Below are positions 58,604 to 64,000 of a stretch of 64,000 nucleotides of DNA, piece after piece (position 1 is the first letter of the stretch; every line of letters begins with the position of its first letter). The notes beneath the pieces were generated by a model that searched no databases, was not told the origin of the DNA, and saw only the letters and a program-made list of their open reading frames with translations. A program made the position numbers and the translations under genes. The stretch is from Eledone cirrhosa (lineage: Eukaryota). The stretch spans positions 24,862,001 through 24,926,000 of the forward strand of contig OZ024762.1 of NCBI GenBank assembly GCA_964016885.1, written 5' to 3'.

Positions 58604-59017
58604 TATTGGTAAACGGAAAAGAAAATGCTGGCAAATTGTTCACAGTGAAAAATAGTTTAATTAGGAATAAGTGACAATTAGTAATAGTATTGGTTAGTAT
58701 TCAGTTTTGGTTTTAAGTTTTACTGGTTGCGCATTTCTAATGCTTTTCAAAAATAATTTTGAGATAGAGCGTCCGTGATGTTTGCTCTAATCTGTATATA
58801 TATATATATATAAACATAATATATATATATATATATAAATATATATATATATGTACATGTATATATGTATAGACATATACACACACATTTACATAGACAC
58901 ACACATACATATATATATGCATGTGTATATATATGTACATATATATATAAATATATACATACATATATATATATATATAAACATATATATATACATATGT
59001 ATATACTATATGTATAT

Positions 59018-59126
<109 letters not shown>

Positions 59127-59182
59127 TACAAAAATCGTAATTAAGAGTATTCCGCAGTTCACTGTAATAATAATTATCATAA

Positions 59183-59345
59183 GAGGGTCGGACGCCATGC
59201 TTTCCAGCATAGTTACGTCCCTTTATGATCTGAGTTCAAATCCCGCCGAGGTTGACTTTGCCTTTCATCCTTACGGGGTCGATAAAATAAAGTACCAGTA
59301 ATGCACTGGGTAATTTGCTGGCCTTGTGCCTAAAGTAGAAACAAA
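59183..59345 (+). mobile_element. SINE family A (5' truncated)
   Basis: Core and tail as in the other copies. Confidence 0.85.
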
Positions 59346-59543
59346 TATATAACGAACGAAATGTGGTAAGGAACCAGATGGACCATAACGCACAAAAGTA
59401 CTCAATACTTAGGGTAGTAGAGTGGGTAATAGGAACGAGTAGGACCCCGGCGGCTGAGCTCAAGCCGTTTCGACGGCTACTTTTTTTAGTCCAGAATTAG
59501 CCATCGAAACGGCGTGAGCTCAGCCGTCGGGGTCCTACTCGTT

Positions 59544-59625
<82 letters not shown>

Positions 59626-59643
59626 ATTTATGTATATATATAC

Positions 59644-59707
<64 letters not shown>

Positions 59708-59744
59708 GTATAAATAGTCTCGGTAACACATTGTATCTATAAAG

Positions 59745-59801
<57 letters not shown>

Positions 59802-60153
59802 AAACATAATATATGAGTCTGCATGTGTATAGGTGGTGGTGTAGCTATTTAAATATATGTATATAACTGTTATCTATATATAAAACCTTCTCTGACAAAT
59901 CAACAATTATGAATGCGAAATGTCTTCAGCCATACGTTGATTCCACTATAATTATCGAAGTTTTTGTTTGTATGTCATTAATCAAGCTCATTGAAACAGT
60001 TGAAATTCTTCACTTCGGGTCCGAGTAGGTTCTTCATTCTGATGTAATGAATGGTTTAATGGATGTCACAGACAAACCAAACCTCTCTGTCTTCTAAGAT
60101 ATCTCTGTATTCTGCTCTCTGTTTAATGTATATATATATATATATATATATAT

Positions 60154-60232
<79 letters not shown>

Positions 60233-60392
60233 CCTTATTTACTCTCATCGCTGGCTGAAGAAATGAAGAAATACATGCTTACAGACACTCATATATATGT
60301 ACAGGCATATATGTTTATATATTTATATGTATGTTTATATGTATATGTATATGTGTATATATATATATATATATCCCTATTTTATCTCCCTA

Positions 60393-60459
60393 TTTTATCT
60401 GACGAAAACGCAAATGTTATTGCATGATGATATTTGTTTTTGAAATGCGCATAATAAAA
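60393..60459 (+). ncRNA. Hammerhead, second copy of the 8018 family
   Basis: ttttat-CTGACGA-aaacgcaaatgttattgcatgatgatatttgttttt-GAAA-TGCGCA-TA-ataaaa. Confidence 0.78.
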
Positions 60460-60582
60460 TACATGGAACTCTTTTAACCATCTTTTGATCTTATATATTA
60501 TTTATACTCCAGTCCTACAAACTGTAGAGTGCTACTTATCCGATATCTGCATTGCTTTATTGTACTACAATAAAACTCACCT

Positions 60583-60631
<49 letters not shown>

Positions 60632-60816
60632 TCTTTGAGGCTGCTTTATAATATGACACTGCAGAAACTGTGTGGTTTATTGGTTAAAGAATTGTTTTGC
60701 AATCGTAACACATCATCTCAACAGCCATACTAAGAGTGGGAAATGAAATTTCGTTTCATTTTTTCCGTTTATATATATATATTTATATATATATATATGT
60801 GTATATATATATATGT

Positions 60817-60848
<32 letters not shown>

Positions 60849-61479
60849 GTGTATGTATATATATATATATATATATCAGGTCACCAGTTGGCGCTACTGG
60901 TAACATGTATCCCAGTACAACCTGTCTCATGGTCGGGTCATTGGCGACTAAACTGGCAACCCCACCAAGGTTTCTCGGTGAGGAGGGTGACTTTGGACAT
61001 CCTGCAGGTCTAAAAACAAAACCTGTCAAAGGGCAAAGGAGCTCTTAAGAGTCAATGGCCACCCAAAATCACTGGGAGAGATGACCCCTTAGCCTTTGTC
61101 AAGGCAGAATTCTAGGAGAAGTGAACTCTGATATAACACCTGAAACCCTGATGGTATCCAATGATGTTGACTTGTTCTTCTTTTTGCTAAATATCATCTA
61201 GGTTAAGAGAGTGGGACTGGCTTTGTGCAGTGCCTTTGCTCACTATAAAAGCTTCACGGCACAGGCATTGCTTTATATCTAGAGATCTCTCGGCACTTGT
61301 CGTCGCATGGTACCATGGGCCCAGCACTATGTGTCAATAATTGTCGCAGGTGTAGTGTTTGTACCAGAGTTTTCAAGTCGCTGGCTGGACTAAAAAGTCA
61401 CACTCGTTCAGCGCATCGGTAGGGGTTCTCCTACATGGATATAAAGTAGTGGCCGTACTCGAAAACGAGTTGGCAGCCA

Positions 61480-61534
<55 letters not shown>

Positions 61535-61699
61535 TAGGTAAATATACACGGGTGTGTATGATTGTGTATAGAAGATTATATTAATAAGAGGAATTCCAAC
61601 TTTGTCTGATTTACTCGTTTTATTTACGATCCTTTAAAATATATATAATGGTTTTATAATGAAATAGTATGATAGAATATTAAATTCTAAGTGTTAATT

Positions 61700-61736
61700 G
61701 AACAAGTACTTTCATGCTTTCGCAATCTTCAGGTTC
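61700..61736 (-). ncRNA. Minimal type-I hammerhead in the 3' pLTR of the Neptune-type PLE
   Basis: Minus strand: gaac-CTGAAGA-t-tgc gaaa gca-t-GAAA-GTAC-TT-gttc, about 370 nt downstream of the EN stop. Confidence 0.85.
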
Positions 61737-62107
61737 ATGATATGTGGTGACAGTCGAGTTTGCAATTTTCAACTGTAATGAGATGGGTAAATTTCCTACC
61801 TTTTATACATTTTATACAGAGAAAAGTGGCTCCAGAATGCAAAGCCCTGTAAACTGTATTTCGACCAATCAGTGTGTAGTTTCACTGAATTACTACAGCT
61901 GATTGGTTTAAGGCGTCACGGCTGGTTGAGCATGCTAACGACCAATAGTCATATCCAACGTATCAATTGTTTGCTTTTTTTGAAATGATGAAAATAGCAT
62001 TTTCTATTAATCATCACCATCAACATCACTTTTATTATTATTATTATTATTGTTGTTGTTGTTGTTGTTGTTGTTAGTGGTCGTGGTCATAGTGGTAGTA
62101 GGCGTTA

Positions 62108-62376
62108 TTATTGTTCATTTAGCTTGGGTTTGAATTTATCAATAAAATTCTTTTCTTTGATTTTTCTCTTGATTTCACTTAGGCTGTGTAATTTGTAGAA
62201 TGGGAATATTATAAATATTCCCTGACCACATGTTGCCAGGTGGCCGCTTAGGGGTATCTGACGGACATTTGGGTCTCTGATTTGTTGACGGTGTACCCGT
62301 GCACGTTCCGATAGTGCATTTCCAGTTTGACCGACATATAGTTCTTTACAATTCGGGCATTTAATGCAGTAAATTA
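62108..62376 (-). pseudogene. PLE GIY-YIG endonuclease domain, out of frame with the RT
   Basis: LIYCIKCPNCKELYVGQTGNALSERARVHRQQIRDP..PLSGHLATC..FPFYK..KEKNFIDKFKPKLNEQ*. Confidence 0.88.
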
Positions 62377-64000
62377 AATTTCTGCTTTTGTTAGCAATTG
62401 CTTCAAATTTTTTGGCTGTCTTTTACTAAGAGTCAAAGATCGATCTGTGATTAAGCCTTTTAATTCATTACTTTGAGCAATGATCGGTAGGTTTGCTTTG
62501 GCAGTGTTGAAGATATTCTGGTGACATGGGTTGTGTGTCATTATAAATGGTATGACCAGTTCTTGGTTTCTTCTTCCTTGGGTTGTTCTAAGTTGTTGTA
62601 TAGGTATTTTTATAGCCCGCTGTATGCCATTTTCTATAAGTAGAGATGGGTATTTTTGTTTGAGCAAAAATTCTCTTAGTTCTGTTAGGCGTTTGTACCT
62701 GGTATTCGTATCTTCTACAATGGTACAAATTCTTCTGGCTAGGCAGTATGGGATGTTGCGTTTTGTATGAGGTGGATGGCACGACTTAAAATCCAGATAT
62801 TGATGGGTGTCTGTGTGTTTATAATATATATCTGTGGTAATGGTGGTGTCGTTTTTGATTATCATTATATCTAGGAATGGTAATTTGGTCCTACTCATCT
62901 CTTTTGTGAATTGGAGAGATGGGTGTAGGTTATTCAGGAGGATATTGAACTCATCCAGAGTATCTAGAGATTCTGTCCAGATGATGAAACAGTCGTCAAG
63001 GTATCTCTTCCAAGATTTTTCAATGTACTTTCTAAAGTCAGTACTATATTTTTCCTCTATTTCTTGGTAGAGTTGTTGTTCTAAGTATCCCATTACAGAG
63101 TTCGCGTAAACGGGAGCAAACTTCGTTCCCATCGCTGTGCCTCTAATTTGGATGTAATTCTTTCCATTGAAGAAGAAAGTGTTGTTTTCCAGAATAAGTT
63201 TAACTGCGTCTAATATAAATGGCGCTGTGAATCTAATGGGAATCACTTCTCTATGTTTTTCCACCCAGTATTTAACCGCCTTTATTCCTAAATCATGTGT
63301 AATGTTGGTGTAAAGGCTTACCACATCAAAACTGAGTAGAAGTGAATTCGTTTCCGTGGTTTTGGGAAGATGGGACAGGAAGTCGATATCATCCCGGATG
63401 AAACTGGGTATGTGAATACATAGTGGTTTCAAAATAATGTCAACAAAATTGCTTAGACGGTGAGTGGGGCATGTTGGACCAGCTATAATAGGTCTAAGTT
63501 TTAAGTCTTTTGGGTGTAATAATTTAATGTACTCACTGTTTTGTTCTCTTACTACCAGTTGTATTTCTTTTGACTTGTGAACTTTCGGTAGGCCATACAG
63601 GTTGCTGGGTTTCGGCTCAAAATTGGTGATGTAGTCTCTTTCCTTATCAGTAAATGAGTTGTGGTATTTTGAAGCCAGGTTGTTGATCTTCTTCATGATG
63701 TTGTGGTCTATATTTGACGGTATTTCATGATAGAATGTTGTGTCTTTCAGTTGTTCCTCAACCAAATCCTTGTAGTATTCAGTATCCATTATAACAACTG
63801 CACCCCCTTTATCAGCTTGTTTAATTATTATTGTTTTATCATTTTGTATACGTTTAAGTGCAGACATTTCTGATTTGTTAATGTTTGGCCTAACATTAGT
63901 ATTATGTCTAAGAGGAAATTTAGACAGGATGTCAATGTATTGGTCGAGATAGATATTTCTTCCTTTTGGCGGAGTGAAATTTGATTTATTCTTTACTAGT
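62374..64000 (-). CDS. Penelope-like (Neptune-type) reverse transcriptase; ORF stays open to the window edge
   Basis: KSNFTPP..IIIKQADKGGAVVIMD..YGLPKVHK..LRPII..SFDVVSLYTNI..GTAMGTKFAP..WKRYLDD..LPFLD..YYKHTD..YLDFKSCHP..RQPKNLKQLLTKA. Confidence 0.93.
   Translation of the reverse strand, partial: LVKNKSNFTPPKGRNIYLDQYIDILSKFPLRHNTNVRPNINKSEMSALKRIQNDKTIIIKQADKGGAVVIMDTEYYKDLVEEQLKDTTFYHEIPSNIDHNIMKKINNLASKYHNSFTDKERDYITNFEPKPSNLYGLPKVHKSKEIQLVVREQNSEYIKLLHPKDLKLRPIIAGPTCPTHRLSNFVDIILKPLCIHIPSFIRDDIDFLSHLPKTTETNSLLLSFDVVSLYTNITHDLGIKAVKYWVEKHREVIPIRFTAPFILDAVKLILENNTFFFNGKNYIQIRGTAMGTKFAPVYANSVMGYLEQQLYQEIEEKYSTDFRKYIEKSWKRYLDDCFIIWTESLDTLDEFNILLNNLHPSLQFTKEMSRTKLPFLDIMIIKNDTTITTDIYYKHTDTHQYLDFKSCHPPHTKRNIPYCLARRICTIVEDTNTRYKRLTELREFLLKQKYPSLLIENGIQRAIKIPIQQLRTTQGRRNQELVIPFIMTHNPCHQNIFNTAKANLPIIAQSNELKGLITDRSLTLSKRQPKNLKQLLTKAEI

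Overview
This is repeat-dominated eukaryotic DNA. It is AT-rich with huge (TA)n/(CA)n/(GA)n tracts and tRNA-derived SINEs, and the repeat repertoire suggests a cephalopod such as Octopus (inference). No host protein-coding gene can be supported, and most ORFs in the track are microsatellite artefacts. The real coding remnants are all transposons: a Neptune-type Penelope-like element (PLE) with RT and GIY-YIG (61540-64000, -), two Naiad-type PLE remnants, an L1/Tx1-type LINE (ORF1 plus APE endonuclease, RT missing), RTE-type 3' fragments, an R4/Dong-like 5' fragment, Helitrons and a hAT MITE. The most striking signal is non-coding. Many short islands between (TA)n tracts are PLE pseudo-LTR-like units, and I can read about 14 sequence-distinct type-I hammerhead ribozyme (HHR) families (about 20 copies), most with a palindromic stem III. 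These units occur as partial tandem repeats, as 5'-inverted structures, or as fold-back palindromes whose symmetry axis lies in the ribozyme's stem II. All folds were read by eye, and element boundaries are approximate.
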